A stretch of 64,000 nt of DNA from positions 10,044,001-10,108,000 of the forward strand of contig CATOCA020000001.1 of the NCBI GenBank assembly GCA_951406725.2, given 5' to 3'. This DNA is from Octopus vulgaris. Taxonomy: Eukaryota. Both the position numbers and the translations under genes were made by a program. The notes beneath the pieces were generated by a model. That model saw only the letters and a list, made by a program, of their open reading frames with translations, ran no database searches and had not been told where the DNA came from. Position 1 is the stretch's first letter, and the number at the start of each line of letters is the position of its first letter. Below, one piece after another: positions 41,791-56,783 of this stretch.

Positions 41791-43192
41791 TATGTATATA
41801 TATATATATATACGTATATATATATGTATATATAAATATATATGCGTAATCCAAAAATGAAAACACAAAGAGAAAACACAACAACGCGAGGACGTTGAAC
41901 AATATAGTATTATTGGACGCTCAGGAAAGAAGAAAGAAGGAGGGTTTAACGTTTCGAGCGGAGCTCTTCGTCGGAAACATAGGAAAGGAAAGATCCAGAG
42001 AAGAGAAAACAGAGGAAAAAGAAAACGCCAACGGTACTCACGCGGTCAAGAGAGACAGAGAGAGAGAGATAGAGATAGATAGATAGAGAGAGAGAGAGAT
42101 AGAGAGAGGGAGATAAAGTGTACGTACGCCGCTATATAAATATATATATATGATAGATCGCCATGATAGGTCGCTACCCACTAAACCTTTTTTATTTTCT
42201 CTCCCTGTCACGCAACTGGCAAAAATGACCAGTTACTGCATATAGCTAGCATTACGTCGATTACAATATATCTATATCCAGTACATGAAACACACCTTAT
42301 TATACCTGATATAGAATGCTGTGCAATAGAATAACTGGTTGAATAACACGAAGCAAACAAGCAATTATTCCTCTCCATCGTAGAAAAATATAAAACGAAG
42401 AATTGCTGAGATTTGGTAAGTGAGGAATGTGTTCATGTCACTAATATGAAGAATGGTTTCTATGTTTATAACTAATTAATTTGTTTTGTTGTAATTAAAC
42501 CTACTCTTACTGTTTTCTACTGGTTACTATAACTATACAAATGTCCTTTATATGTGTGTTTGTGTATATAAATATATACACAATCGTGTTTATGTATATA
42601 CATACACTTCCATTGACATCCGTCACCCATGCTTCCCTCCTCCTCTCCATTTCTATAACTCTGATTATGATTGTCACCCCCTCTCTCCCCGGTCGCTCAC
42701 TTCCCCGCTGACCATCATTCTTCCAGTAACCCACCACTTGTTACTCTCCCCTTAACATCCCTATTTTGACATACACACATTACTATTCTAGAAGCATTAC
42801 TGCTTCCTTGCCTCGCATCCTAGACCCATCGTCCGCATTTACCCTCCCTTCTACCCACTGTTGATCAGGTTATCGAGAACAAATTTAGACAAATGAGGAG
42901 CCTGGGGAAGGCAATGTCTCTAGGACTGGCTTCACAGAAAATGGAATATGAATGAATGGAGATCTCATAGGGTAGAGAGGAAACTTAGGCTTGTTTTGGT
43001 TAGGACATGAGAACCTCCTCAAGGATGGTGCCAGAGCATCCAGTATACTCTGCTTTGGGGTTTGCATTAAGAAGGGTTCCCAGCCTTAGCTGCCATTATA
43101 AATAAAAATGGACAACAGAGACATGGTCCACTGGTTAGTTCTTGAAAGAAGTCAATGCTTATTTGCCAGCATGGAAAGCACACATACGAATG

Positions 43193-43231
<39 letters not shown>

Positions 43232-43469
43232 TACACAAATACAGAACCATGAACACACACAAGCACATGAATTTGCAGAGTACAACCGGCAGGGGATGGT
43301 GGCGATCCCTGCTGTACTCTTTCGCCACTGCTTTCTCTCACTCTTTTTCTGTTGGCCTGCTCGCTTAGCCAGCGGGGTGGCGTCATTTGAAGGCTAAAAC
43401 AATGCGAAGCGCATTGTGACCAGTGATGTGTAGCAACATCTGATAGCCTGGTCCACCACGCGGATCACA

Positions 43470-43524
<55 letters not shown>

Positions 43525-44585
43525 ATATAGCTAGCAGCACCTCGAAAGTAGTAATTACACAAACGAGGGTAATCTGCTAGCTATTCGTTAGGTCAACATT
43601 TAGTGGCAGATACGGCAACTCCAGTTGCCAACCATAAAGTAGAAAGTAACTTTTTTACTGCATATCAATCTTCAATATGGCAAAGTTTACAACCTTCTGC
43701 GGATTGTGAAAAACTTACTATCATCTTACACGTTCATCATCCTTGGATTTTAACTCTAAATACCGTAGGTTTTTGGATTATAGCATTGCACAGAACAACC
43801 TGCGAAACGAATCCGAGAACAATTAGCAAAGTATTTTCTTTAGAACAAGACATCCGAGGTGATGCATTCTGCACCGGAGGATGCAACAGAACCCGTTGTA
43901 CAGAATCCAACCATCAAAGGACCAGATGGTCGAAATGATGTGTGTGTGCGTGGGCGAGTGTACATTAATTTTACGGGAGTGGAACTAACTGCCTCAGCAG
44001 TTTTATGAACCCCTTATTAATATAGCAACATCAAAAGTAAACATTAAGCGAATAATTCTTCTTTACTACACTTGATCCGTTAATCATGTCTTCACCCTTG
44101 TTCAGTTCTCCTAAAACTTACTATAGTCATGAATCTTTATTCCTGACTATAATATGACAACTTAAATTATGTCTCTAATATACACTCAAAGGAAGTTATG
44201 GAGGTACTTTACGAAGGTTCTCTTTACTGACTGACATCAAGTGTGTATGATTAGTTTGGTCAAGTACCCAGTAGAAGACAGTAATAACACATTGGTATCT
44301 ACCCGAATTTTCATGCAGATTTTCATTTTCTATTTTTAACTCTACAAAGGATTATGTTCAGTTTGACATCAAGAACCATCAGAAAGTGACACCATTGCTG
44401 TTAGCTGTCTCTGAGGGCCACCTCAGAATGGTGCACCAGTTGATAGCAAAAGGTGCAGACGTAAATGTTGTCAATAATGAAGGCAACAATTGTCTGCACC
44501 TGGCTGCGAAGACGAAGAGGTTTCATTCCGAGGTTGAACCTTTAAGTATATTAGATAAGGTAAGTTTGGAAATTGTTTATGAATA

Positions 44586-44620
<35 letters not shown>

Positions 44621-45145
44621 TTTTGAAAGAAGGAGAGTGAGAGAGCGAGAGAGACAGACAGACAAACATTGACTGTCATGTCTCAATTCACACTCATCAA
44701 CCTTTCTTTTAAGTAACCCAGTCCCCCACTTGATAGCCTTAGTTATATTTTGTAACTAGGAAAATTCCATCTCCTGCTACCCTCAAAGCCATGGCCTCTC
44801 CACCATAAAGAAGGTAGCCTATCTTGGACATTGGTCATATAAACACAGCCATTACTGTGTAGAGAAGAGGTGACCTCCTGAAGAGAGGAAATATTCCTTA
44901 ATAATAATGATACAGGTGACATGATAAAGGATAACCTTTATGGTGCTGGTGCCATGATAAATACATCCAGTTCATTCTATGAAGAATTCTTCAAAAGAAC
45001 AGATATCATATATGCTCTGGCGTTCTGCGGAAATGCCATAACAATGTTGAATCTCAGAACACTAGAGAATGGATACAATGAATTAGGGTCCTTAGGGAGT
45101 TTTCCCTGCATTTAAGCATTGTATGTACAACTACACACACACACA

Positions 45146-45194
<49 letters not shown>

Positions 45195-45242
45195 GTAGAT
45201 GGCAACATCTAAATGTATGTATGTGTGTGTGTGTGTAAAACT

Positions 45243-45292
<50 letters not shown>

Positions 45293-45427
45293 TCACTGGC
45301 CACTTCTCATTCTTTATTTTCTCTCCTTATTTCTTTCTGTGTTGCTTTGTGTGGAAGAGCGTATGCTCGAAACGTTAAAGCCTTTTTTTGTCTACACTAC
45401 TTGTCTTCATCTTTTTTTGTGACTTCT

Positions 45428-45494
<67 letters not shown>

Positions 45495-45505
45495 TATAAT
45501 ATATG

Positions 45506-45587
<82 letters not shown>

Positions 45588-45641
45588 ATATATATACTAT
45601 ATGTATAATATATGAGATATATATATATATATATATAATAT

Positions 45642-45726
<85 letters not shown>

Positions 45727-45773
45727 TATAAACGGCGGTGCATCACCATGGCCGCAGCTCTGAGCTGAAACTT

Positions 45774-45820
<47 letters not shown>

Positions 45821-47773
45821 GTACAAATCATGCAAAGGCATTCACATCTATCCATCACTATTGTTAACCGTTGCAGAATTCAAGCAACTCCTTGCTACCC
45901 GCATAAATAAAGGACACTTGAAATGTGGGACTATTTTTTCAAACAGTTGATGAATAATTGTGTATTGTAGTAATGTCTACTTTGGTGTGAGAAACCAGTG
46001 ACCTCTCCACCTACTGGAATTTTTCATCCGACAAACAGTTTGAACAGTTTATCAACTATAATGTGTTGGTGCACAAACTCAATCGTGACACCAGTTCGTT
46101 CTTCTCTTTCGTCACATTCATCATCAAAACATTTTTTTATTAATTCATCATCATCACGTTTTTCTATGCTGGTAGACGTTGCACTCTTTGACAGGAACTG
46201 GCCAGCTGAGGAGCTATCAGGGCTCCATGTCTGTTTCCGTATGCTTTCTATGACTCAGTCCTTTGTCATCTGCTCTGTGAGGCCCAACGTCTAATGGTCC
46301 TTTCTCACCACTTAATCACACGTCTTCCTGGGTCCACCCCTTCCGCACTTTCCTTCCACAATCAAAGATCTGCACTTCTTGATGCAGCTGTCTTCATCCA
46401 TATGCATTGCATAATAATACCATCGAAGTCTTCTCTCTCGCACACAACATCCGATGCCTTATATATCCAGCTTTTCTTTCAAATCCACTTAATTATGGAA
46501 ACATTATTGATCTGTTTAGATATGTCTGTGTGTTTTTGATTTAGTTGTTATTATGTTGTTGGTATTCTCTTTTCTGGTATAACTTACATTATTTGGGTTG
46601 TTATATTTATATATACAATACTCTTCCGTAAGTATTTCTCTTGCTATGGCCATTTGGCTTTATCAAGCCAGTTGTAGAGATAGGTTCTTGTTGGTTTGTT
46701 GTCTTTCATTATTGTGACATTTCTGTCCTTATACGTTGTATATTTGACTTGATGTTATAATAACTTTATATTGTGTTTTAATTGAATAGTTTGTGACATT
46801 TGTGATTGGCAAGTAAATATTTACTCATTAAATATCATTGTTAAGCAATAACGTTGACCACTAATGTGCGTTTTGTTCAATATAATGATCATAATTTTTG
46901 TCTTAATGTAGAACGTAAAGTAAAAACAAATGATAATGAAAAGTGGACTCAACTAAGAGATGATGTAAGAAATCAACTCTGTGTGAATAGTTTAATCACT
47001 GGGGAAACAAACTATGTGTAAATGTAGTTGAACTGTTGTTTAATTTGGAGCATCTTTAGTATATGTTTGTGTAATCTTTAACTCATCATTTTATATTTCA
47101 TCATTTGTAGTTCTGCAAGGATCTGAAACTGGGAAACAAAGAAAGGAACTCTGGCGTGGTGGTTGCCAGTTACCTAGCCCACCACGGGGCCAACTTTTAC
47201 TGTAAAAACAAAAGTGGTAGAACACCATTGGACCTAATAAAAAATGAAAATTTAAAAAAGATGTTAAAGACGTTATTCTCACCGCAGTAAGTATTCACTG
47301 GCAATGACAAGATAAACCATTACATTTTCTGTTTTGTATATACCATGTTTATATGTTTCTATTGTTTTAATTCTACTGATACATTATACTGTCTTAGTGG
47401 CTTAATGAAAGGTTAGACAACAACAGTAAGAAGAACAATAAACGATATGCAGTTGTTAAGCTAATTAAAGAAAGAACACTATTTTGATTACATTCAAATG
47501 ATTGGTTGTGTTGACTGTTATACCTCTCTTAAAATCCCAACCCACCTCTCTCAGTTCCCTATGTTAAAGATTTGGGACCAATGAGAAAATGTAGAAGTAA
47601 ATAGTGAAGTGATGGAATTTATCTCTCTACCAACAGATTATTCCTCTGTTTTCTCTGTCCCAGCCAGTCATGTCCATGTGAGCTATCCTGAGAAAATCGC
47701 CTACAAACACATACAATGAGTGTACATAAATGGATACATGCATACATACGTATTTATACATGCATACATAGAT

Positions 47774-47858
<85 letters not shown>

Positions 47859-47880
47859 CATATATATACATATATATACA

Positions 47881-47940
<60 letters not shown>

Positions 47941-49471
47941 TGTGGGGAGGAAATAAATATTCGTCTGTCAAAATTCTTTATTTAATTTCTAATGAACATA
48001 AATGGGATATACCAATACTATATTCACATACACATGCATAAACTAAGAATATGCAAAAGAAACTAATAAATTATAGTAACTAATGAATTTATATACAATC
48101 ATAAATATTTAGGGGTGAAAAAAGTATTCGTAGGAAATAAATGTATGATTTTCTATGCCACAAAATACTGTTAAAATATATTTTTACTAGAAATTTCTTG
48201 TTTATTCCAATAATCTTATCAGTTTTCATTTTTGAGTGTCAAAACACTAGCTTCTTCATTCAGCACTGAGACAACATAAAGTAATATCGCAATAATGGCG
48301 AAAAGTAAAGAACTCACAAATTCAGTGAAAAACTTAATTATTGAACTGTAGAAAGTAGGTAAAAGTTACAGGAAAATATCAGAGACACTTTGTATTCCGC
48401 TTACTACCATATCTTCATTTATTAGATATAAAGAATCGGGAACTGTTGAAAACAGAATAAGATCCGGAGCACCACGCAAGAATTCCCCAAGATCTTTAAG
48501 AAAAATGAAGAGAAGAATCGGAAAAAAACGCAATAATCACCAGAAAGGAGTTTTCATAGGAATGAACTGAAGTCACGCTCTCCTAGAAAAACTCCTCTGT
48601 TGACTAAAAGGCATAGAGATGCCCGTTTAAAATTTGTTATGAACATAAAGATAAATCTGATACATTCTGGGAAAATGTTCTATGGACAGACGAGACGAAA
48701 ATTGAATTGTTTGGACGAAATTCGCTTTCCCATGTTTGGAGTAAAAACACAATTCCTACCGTAAAGATTGGAGGTGTGGGGATGTTTCTCTGCAAATGGT
48801 ACTGGCAATTTACATGTGATAGATGGTAGAATGAATGCAGAGATGTACCAAAATATTTTGAACAATAATTTATGGGACTCTGTTGAAAAGCTCCAGCTTT
48901 GTGAAGGGTGGGTTTTACAATAGGTTAACGGCCCTAAGCACACGGTGAAGTCTACCAAATATGGATTGTCAATCACAATATAAAATAATTGTAATGGCCA
49001 AGCCTGTCACCTGACTTGAACCCCATTGAAAATTTGTGGCGTTATTTGAAAACTGAAATTCAAGAGCCCCAACATGCATTACAGATTTCAAGAAAATTTG
49101 TCAAGAAGAATAGGAAAAAATTCCTAAAGAAACATGCGAGTCATTGGTGAAGAACTACAAGAAGATATTGGTTGAAGTGGAACTGAATAATGGTTATGCT
49201 ACGAAGTATTAAATCAAAATTATCAGTTCTTTATATTCTCTACGAATACTTTTTTCACCCCTAAATATTTATAATTGTATATAAATTCCTTAGTTACTAT
49301 AATTTATTAGTTTCTTTTGCATATTCTTAGTTTATGCATGTGTATGCAAATATATAATAGTGGTATATCCCATTTATGTTCATTAGAAATTAAATAAATA
49401 AAGAGTTTTGACATTACGAATATTTATTTCCCCCCCGTGTATATATATATATATATATATATACATATACG

Positions 49472-49503
<32 letters not shown>

Positions 49504-49506
49504 CAC

Positions 49507-49587
<81 letters not shown>

Positions 49588-49754
49588 AGAGTTTACGAAA
49601 AAAACAAAAGACGATGACAGGTGGTGTTGAAGGAATAGAAAAAGTCTTTTACATTTCGAGCCTTCGCTCTTCTACAGAAAGGGACACAGGAAAAAAAAAC
49701 AAGGAGAGTAAAAAATGTGTGTAGCGGCTAACAATCTATCATGGCGACTGACTC

Positions 49755-49809
<55 letters not shown>

Positions 49810-52800
49810 CGTGAATTATATTTCTGGAATATATGTTGTTCACTTTGTGTAAATCAGTTTTTGTGATGTATCAATGTCATGACATATACTTATTAATATT
49901 TTTGTCCATTTATATATATATATATGTGTGTGTATATGTGTGTGTGTGTATCTGTGCCTGTGTCTGTGTGTCTGTGTTTCTGTGTCTGCATTTATATACT
50001 CACAAATTCGCCCATATGTAATTGTTTAATTGTGGTGTCGCATAATATTCTCTACTGTAAATATGCACACAATGTAATATTTGTTATAAATGAATGTTAT
50101 TAATGGGATGTGTTCATGTTTTTGTTCCTCAGATGTGTGTTTTGTGAAGACGAAGTGGCCACAGAGACGTTCTTTCCATGTAAACATCTTTCGCTGTGTA
50201 AGAAATGCTGTCCCCAAAGATACCTAAACGATGCCCTACGTGTGGACAGAAGATAACGAGCAAAAATAGTTTGGGTAATAATACTGTATGATCTGTCTGT
50301 TTGTCTCATGGGCTTTATGGTGTGGAATATTGTATTTCATGTTGTTGTGTAGATCCAGTTCTGATTAATCAAGCACACTTTTGATAAAAGATGTTTCAGG
50401 TGTCTTTTCTCTGTCATATTATGTCTCTCACTACTCCCACTAAACATTGTTCTTGTCCAATTAGAAGACTTGTCACTCTTCAAGATGGCTACTTTCTGCA
50501 ACATAAAAATAATAAAGAATACTGAATTATAAATGGTGACTAAATACCAATAAATCACCAAGGTTCTCTTAGTAAATACCGACATCTTGTGTGTGATTAG
50601 AGTGATTAATGATTTATCAATATCTTCGGAAGCCGATAATTAAAAACAACTGCATTTATATGAATATCAGAGTGAGCCTTTATAAAATAGGAGACTCAAT
50701 AAGAAAATCTCAACTGAGGGTTTAGGGACCAACATTAGAGAGGGGACATCAAAAGGGTGGGAAACTTTGATTGATGTATAGATTAGTATTCCTGAGTATC
50801 AGTTCTTCTGAACCGTTTCAAATATTTTCACAGCAATAATGTGTGGACGACAAGTTTTATGTCGTTAATGAGGTTTTGTGTGAATGTAGTGTGTTAATTT
50901 AGAACACGAGATATCACTTCCTGTTAGACCTGATGTCACTTTCTGTTCGACCTGCTTTAATCTGGAGGATGAATGACATTGAAATATCTTCAGATATTTC
51001 CCCACATCTGATTACATTCTGGAGAACTGTGATGTGGGTAATTAAGATTAAAGATTACTAATAGTAACGAATAACAAAGAGAACAGGTATATATATATCC
51101 TGAAGTGGTGTTTCGTGTTTGGGGTTGGATATTCGATGCGCAACTTGGTTGACATTTGAATTTAGCAGAAGATGAGACGAATATTGATTAGAGATCTCTG
51201 GAGGTGAAATGACGATGTCTTGTCAAAGATCTGGAACAAACATAAGAAAACCAAAACGAAACTAAGAGAAAATCTGTTGTTATTAGGGGATAATTAAACG
51301 AGATAATTTCAGAATTGTTAAAATTGTTGGATGCCTTAAGAGACAGAGAAGGGTTGTTAAGTGTAGCTTATGCTGTTGTGGACCTAAATTTTGAATAATT
51401 ACATTGTAATACTGTAGAAATTATACAAATGCTCTCCAAAAGCATGATGGTCACCAGTTGACCAATGATGATAGGATTGTCTAACAATAATAAAACATCG
51501 ATTATTAATAATGATAAAGACTTTTTTCTACAGTGTTTAAAACATGAAATTGTTTATTTCAGAGGGTCCAAAGTCGTCAAAGCCGGAAGTCCAGATGTTG
51601 GCAGAACCACCTGGTGAGTAGAAAATAACTGTACCTAATTATGTTAGACCATATTACTCCATAAGAAGCATAGGGTTGGCTTCCCGGTTCCCCCGGCTTA
51701 TATATTCTTCCATGAAGAGGACGCTAGTCATCATCATTCATCATCATCATTATTTAGCGTCCACTTTCCCTGCTAGCATGGGTTGGACGGTGCAACTGGG
51801 GTCTGGGAAGCCAGAAGGCTGCACCAGGCCCAGTCTGATCTGGCAAAGTTTCTACGGTTGGATGCCCTTCCTAACGCCAACCACTACGTGAGTGTAGTGG
51901 GTGCTTTTTACGTGCCACCGACACAGTTGCCAGAGGAGGCTGTCAAACGGTCACGGTCGGATGGTGCTTTTTTACGTTCCATCGGCACAGAGGTCAGACG
52001 GGCGGCACTGGCAACGGCCACGTCCAGGTGGCTCTTTTACGTACCACCGGCACGGGGGCCAGGTGAGGCTGGCAACGGCCACGTTCGGATGGTTCTTTTA
52101 CGTACCACCGGCACTGGTATCACAGCTACAATTTCCATTGATGTTGATCGATTTTGATTTTGATTTAGTCCGCTGTAAAATTACATATTTTCGCCAGCTG
52201 AGTGGACTGAAGTGTTGGACATATTTTAATCACGTGATTTTGACTCAGAGGATTTAGTAACGAGGATTTATGTGTACTGGGCAGCCCTGATGTGCCTAAC
52301 TTCCCCAGTGAATGATTTCCTTCAAACCGCTGAAAATGTGTTTGATACTCTGCATCAACGCCATTTCATAGCAAAGACTCAAACTAGTCTCCTTATTCAT
52401 CAGAAAGATGATCTGACATCAAATCAAGCAACAGTATTGTCAGACTTGGCAGAAAATTATAGTTTTGTAGTGAAGGATTCGGTGCAAGGGTTTCATCGGA
52501 ACAACTCCCAGGCCAATATATTCATCCATTCGCGATCTGTTATAAGACTGGTTCAAACCCACAATGCACTTCAATCTGTGTCATATCTGATTGTTTGAAA
52601 CATGACAATACCACAGTGCATGCTTTTATTACGAGGGTGATATCGCATATAAAGACAGAACTTCCATTCATAAACATCTCCTGTACTTCAGTAACGGAGC
52701 AGCCGACCAATACAAGAACTAGAGACACCAAACAAATCTCTGTCATCATCAGAATGATCAAGGACTTGAAGCGGAGTCGTATTTCTTTGCCATGTCATGT

Positions 52801-54353
52801 GGAAAAAGGACATATGAGGGAATCAGTAGGATGGTGAAATGTGTTGCTGAAAAAGCAAGTCTACAAGCAGCCACGGAAAGACATTTTCTCACAGGTTGCA
52901 AGGTGTATGGCTGAGCATGTGCAAGCATTCCAGCGATAATGTTCTTTGACATGTCGGCAGCCGATGTCATCCGAAATGAAAACAGCTTCGACTTGCTTTC
53001 ACGATTCAGCAGCTCAGTGAAATTAGTTGGCACACGATCCCATCACCGCTTCGTTCCGTCTTCAAGATCTGATATTTTAACGAAGAAGATCTTTGCACTG
53101 CTATAATGTAAGGATGAAGAGTTACCTGTAGTAGAGTGAAGTTTAGGCAAGTGTATCCTCTTTGAGGACACCTGTTATCATTTTCTGTTCCACCTGTGTA
53201 GAAGTAATCTTCGCTCACCTTTATAAACACTGCTCTATTAAGGTGATTTAAAGCATTTCATGCATCAGCTGACATTCTGGTGAACAGTGATGCAGGAAGT
53301 TGAAAACTAATCATTACCTGCAGTAATGTTTAAGAAGGAGATCAGGTGTGAGTGTTTATACAACTTAAAGTGGTGTGTGTAATGGTTGCCATTGGAATTA
53401 AGCAAAGCTGAGAATAATGTTGGTTAGAGAAGGGCAGAAGTGAGGGCACAATTTCACGTCATATGTTTAGTGCAGATATAAGAAAAGAAAGACAAACCTA
53501 ATCAAAGATTGGTGTTATCAAGTGATAATTAAATGAAATAATGACACAGTTGTTAGATGACGTCGAATGTCTCAAAAGATAAAGGAAATTTAGGAAGGCA
53601 GTGTAAATATTAAACTATTACATGGTAATCCTGTTCAAACTATAAACATTCTAACCAAAACCATTGTCTTCAACAGTTGATTATCTATGAAAGAAATCTC
53701 TGATATAAAATATAGATTATTAATAAAGATAGAGACATTTTTTTTAAATGTTTGAAACTTGGAAATATTCATTTCAGTGAATCGAACATTTGAAGACAAG
53801 GAAATGCAGACACTGGCTGAACCTGTTGGTGAGTATAAAATAACAGCACTTGATTGATTTCTGTAAGGTTTATCCCCTGCTGAACTATTTTGATATCAGA
53901 ATGATAAAGATCAGCTTCCATTCTTACCTTTCAATGGGAAGTTTTAGCTTTAAACTAATCATATTAAACATATCGATACTATTGACATTTAATAAAGTAT
54001 CCAATCAGGTTAGCACGGTTGGTGAAGTGGATAAATTAGAAGCAAAATAGATTTCAGGTTCTCTTTTGGAACAGCCAAATAATATAAGTTGTGGTTTAAC
54101 AGGTGAAGTAATGACAAAGGTTTTGTTTGTTTTATACTCTTTTACTCGTTTCAGACTGTCTCCATGCTGGAGCACCAACTTTTTAGTCGAGCAAATCGAA
54201 CCTAGGACTTATTCTTTGTAAGCCTAGTACTTATTCTATCTGACTCTTTAGCCAAACGGATAATTTACGTGGACGGAAACACACCAGCACCGGTTGTCAA
54301 GCAATGTTGGGTGCGGGTGAAACACATACACACATACATATATATATATATAC

Positions 54354-54397
<44 letters not shown>

Positions 54398-56749
54398 GAC
54401 GGGCTTCTTTCAGTTCCCCTCTACCAACACCACTCACAAGGCTTTGGTTGGCTCGAGGCTATAGTAGAAGACATCTGCCCAAGATTCCACACAGTGGGAC
54501 TGAACCCAGCACTATCGGGTTCGTAAGCAAGCTACTTACCACACAGCCACTCCTATGCCTGTAGTTTAAAAATGTTTACTGACAAGTTATTGTTGTTATT
54601 TTACCTGATGTCTCTCATAATCTGGCAGACTTACAATGAAACGGGTTCCAAATATGACCACCCTCTTATTTTTCACTGATAATAAATCTATCATTGCATC
54701 CACTAAACATTGTCTTTATTCAAGTGGAAGACATCGGTTTGCTGCTCAGAAAACCGTTGTCTGTTTCCCTTTCTCCAAACTTCATAGAGGCTGTATGATA
54801 CAATACAATCAAATACATTCAAAGAAACAGTGGACGGGTTGAAAAAGGAAAGGATAGTGAACACCTTAGATAAAAGCTCCTTAAGAACCCTTCTGATGGT
54901 ACTAGGATATTTTTGCCGATGTTAAGTGGGGGAGATTATAATGCACTAAAGATGAAGTGAACAAGAATATACGGGAGACATAAGAGGACGTAGTGTTTCT
55001 TGGTTACAAGACCACATCCATACGAACCATGATTATAGTCCCTATGTTTCAGTATGTTTTGATGGTATTGTGTTTTCGATTCATTTCATAGGAAACACTA
55101 TGTTGTGGAACATTTCTGTATACGTATTTGACACTAATTAGATGTATTTTATAAAACATTTTAGAAACATTTTCAATTTGTTGACATCAATGATCATTAG
55201 TGACAAATGTGGTAAAACAGTGACGGTGGAATGGGGTGTGAGAAGGCTTTCGTATTCCTTGTAATGTTGTTAACTACGACATCAGGAAGACGGTTTCTGT
55301 CAGGTAAATATTTCTACAGAGGTGTCCATTTCGTCCCCTCAGATTTGATTGAACTGAGTTCTCAGCCCATTCAGAGGCACCGCATTAAGGGGACATCAAA
55401 TGAGAGATGAAAGTTTGGTTGATATATAGAAGAGGGTTGTCAGAGATATCCTAGAGTTTTCAGAATCACTTCCATTCTACCATTTCAGATCTTTGCACTG
55501 CTATAATGTAAGGATGAAGAGTTACCTGTAGTAGAGTGAAGTTTGTGCAAGTGTATCCTCTTTGAGGACACCTGTTATCATTTTCTGTTCCACCTGTGTA
55601 GAAGTAATCTTCACTCACCTTTATAAACACTGCTCTATTAAGGTGTTTTAAGGCATTTCATGCATCAGCTGACATTCTGGTGAACAGTGATGCAGGAAGT
55701 TGAAAACTAATCATTACCTGCAGTAATGTTTAAGAAGGAGATCAGGTGTGAGTGTTTATACAACTTAAAGTGGTGTGTGTAATGTGTTAATGGTTAGATT
55801 ATGGATAACCAAACTGGTTGCCATTGGAATTAAGCAAAGATGAGAATAATGTTGGATAGAGAAGGGCAGAAGTGAGGGCACAATTTCACGTCATATGTTC
55901 AGTGCAGATATAAGAAAGGAAAGACAAACCTAATAAAAGATTGGTGTTATCAAGTGATAATTAAATGAAATAATGACACAGTTGTTAGATTATGTCGAAT
56001 GTCTCAAAAGATAAAGGAAATTTTGGAGGACTGTAAATATTAAACTATAAACATTCTAACCAAAACCATTGTCTTCAACAGTTGATTATCTATGAAAGGA
56101 ATCCCTGATATAAAATATAGATTATTAATAAAGATAGAGAAATTTTTCTATAATGTTTAAAACTTGGAAATATTTATTTCAGTGAATCGAACATTTGAAG
56201 ACAAGGAAATGCAGACACTGGCTGAACCTGTTGGTGAGTATAAAATAACAGCACTTGATTGAATTCTGTAAGGCTTATCCCCTGCTGAACTATTTTGATA
56301 TCAGAATAAAGAGCAGCTTCCATTCTTACCTTTCAATGGGAAGTTTTAGCAGTAAACTAATTATATTAAACATATCGATACTATTGACATTTCATAAAGT
56401 ATCCAATCAGGTTAGCACGGTTGGTGAAATGGATAAATTAGAAGCAAAATAGATTTCAGGTTCTCTTTTGGAACATCCAAATAATATATGTTGTGGTTTA
56501 ACAGGTGAAGTAATGACAAAGGTTTTGTTTGTTTTATACTCTTTTACTCGTTTCAGACTGTCTCCATGCTGGAGCACCAACTTTTTAGTCGAGCAAATCG
56601 ACCCTAGGACTTATTCTTTGTAAGCCTAGTACTTATTCTATCTGTCTCTTTAGCCAAACTGCTATGGTACGGGGACGGAAACACACCAGCACCGGTTGTC
56701 AAGCAATGTTGGGAGGACAAACACATACACACATACATACATATATATA

Positions 56750-56783
<34 letters not shown>

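Noticed and set aside
43603-43938. 111-aa ORF in intron 5
   Set aside because: No recognisable domain. Another frame has [12 protein letters not shown], faintly like a Harbinger transposase C-terminus, but too weak to call.
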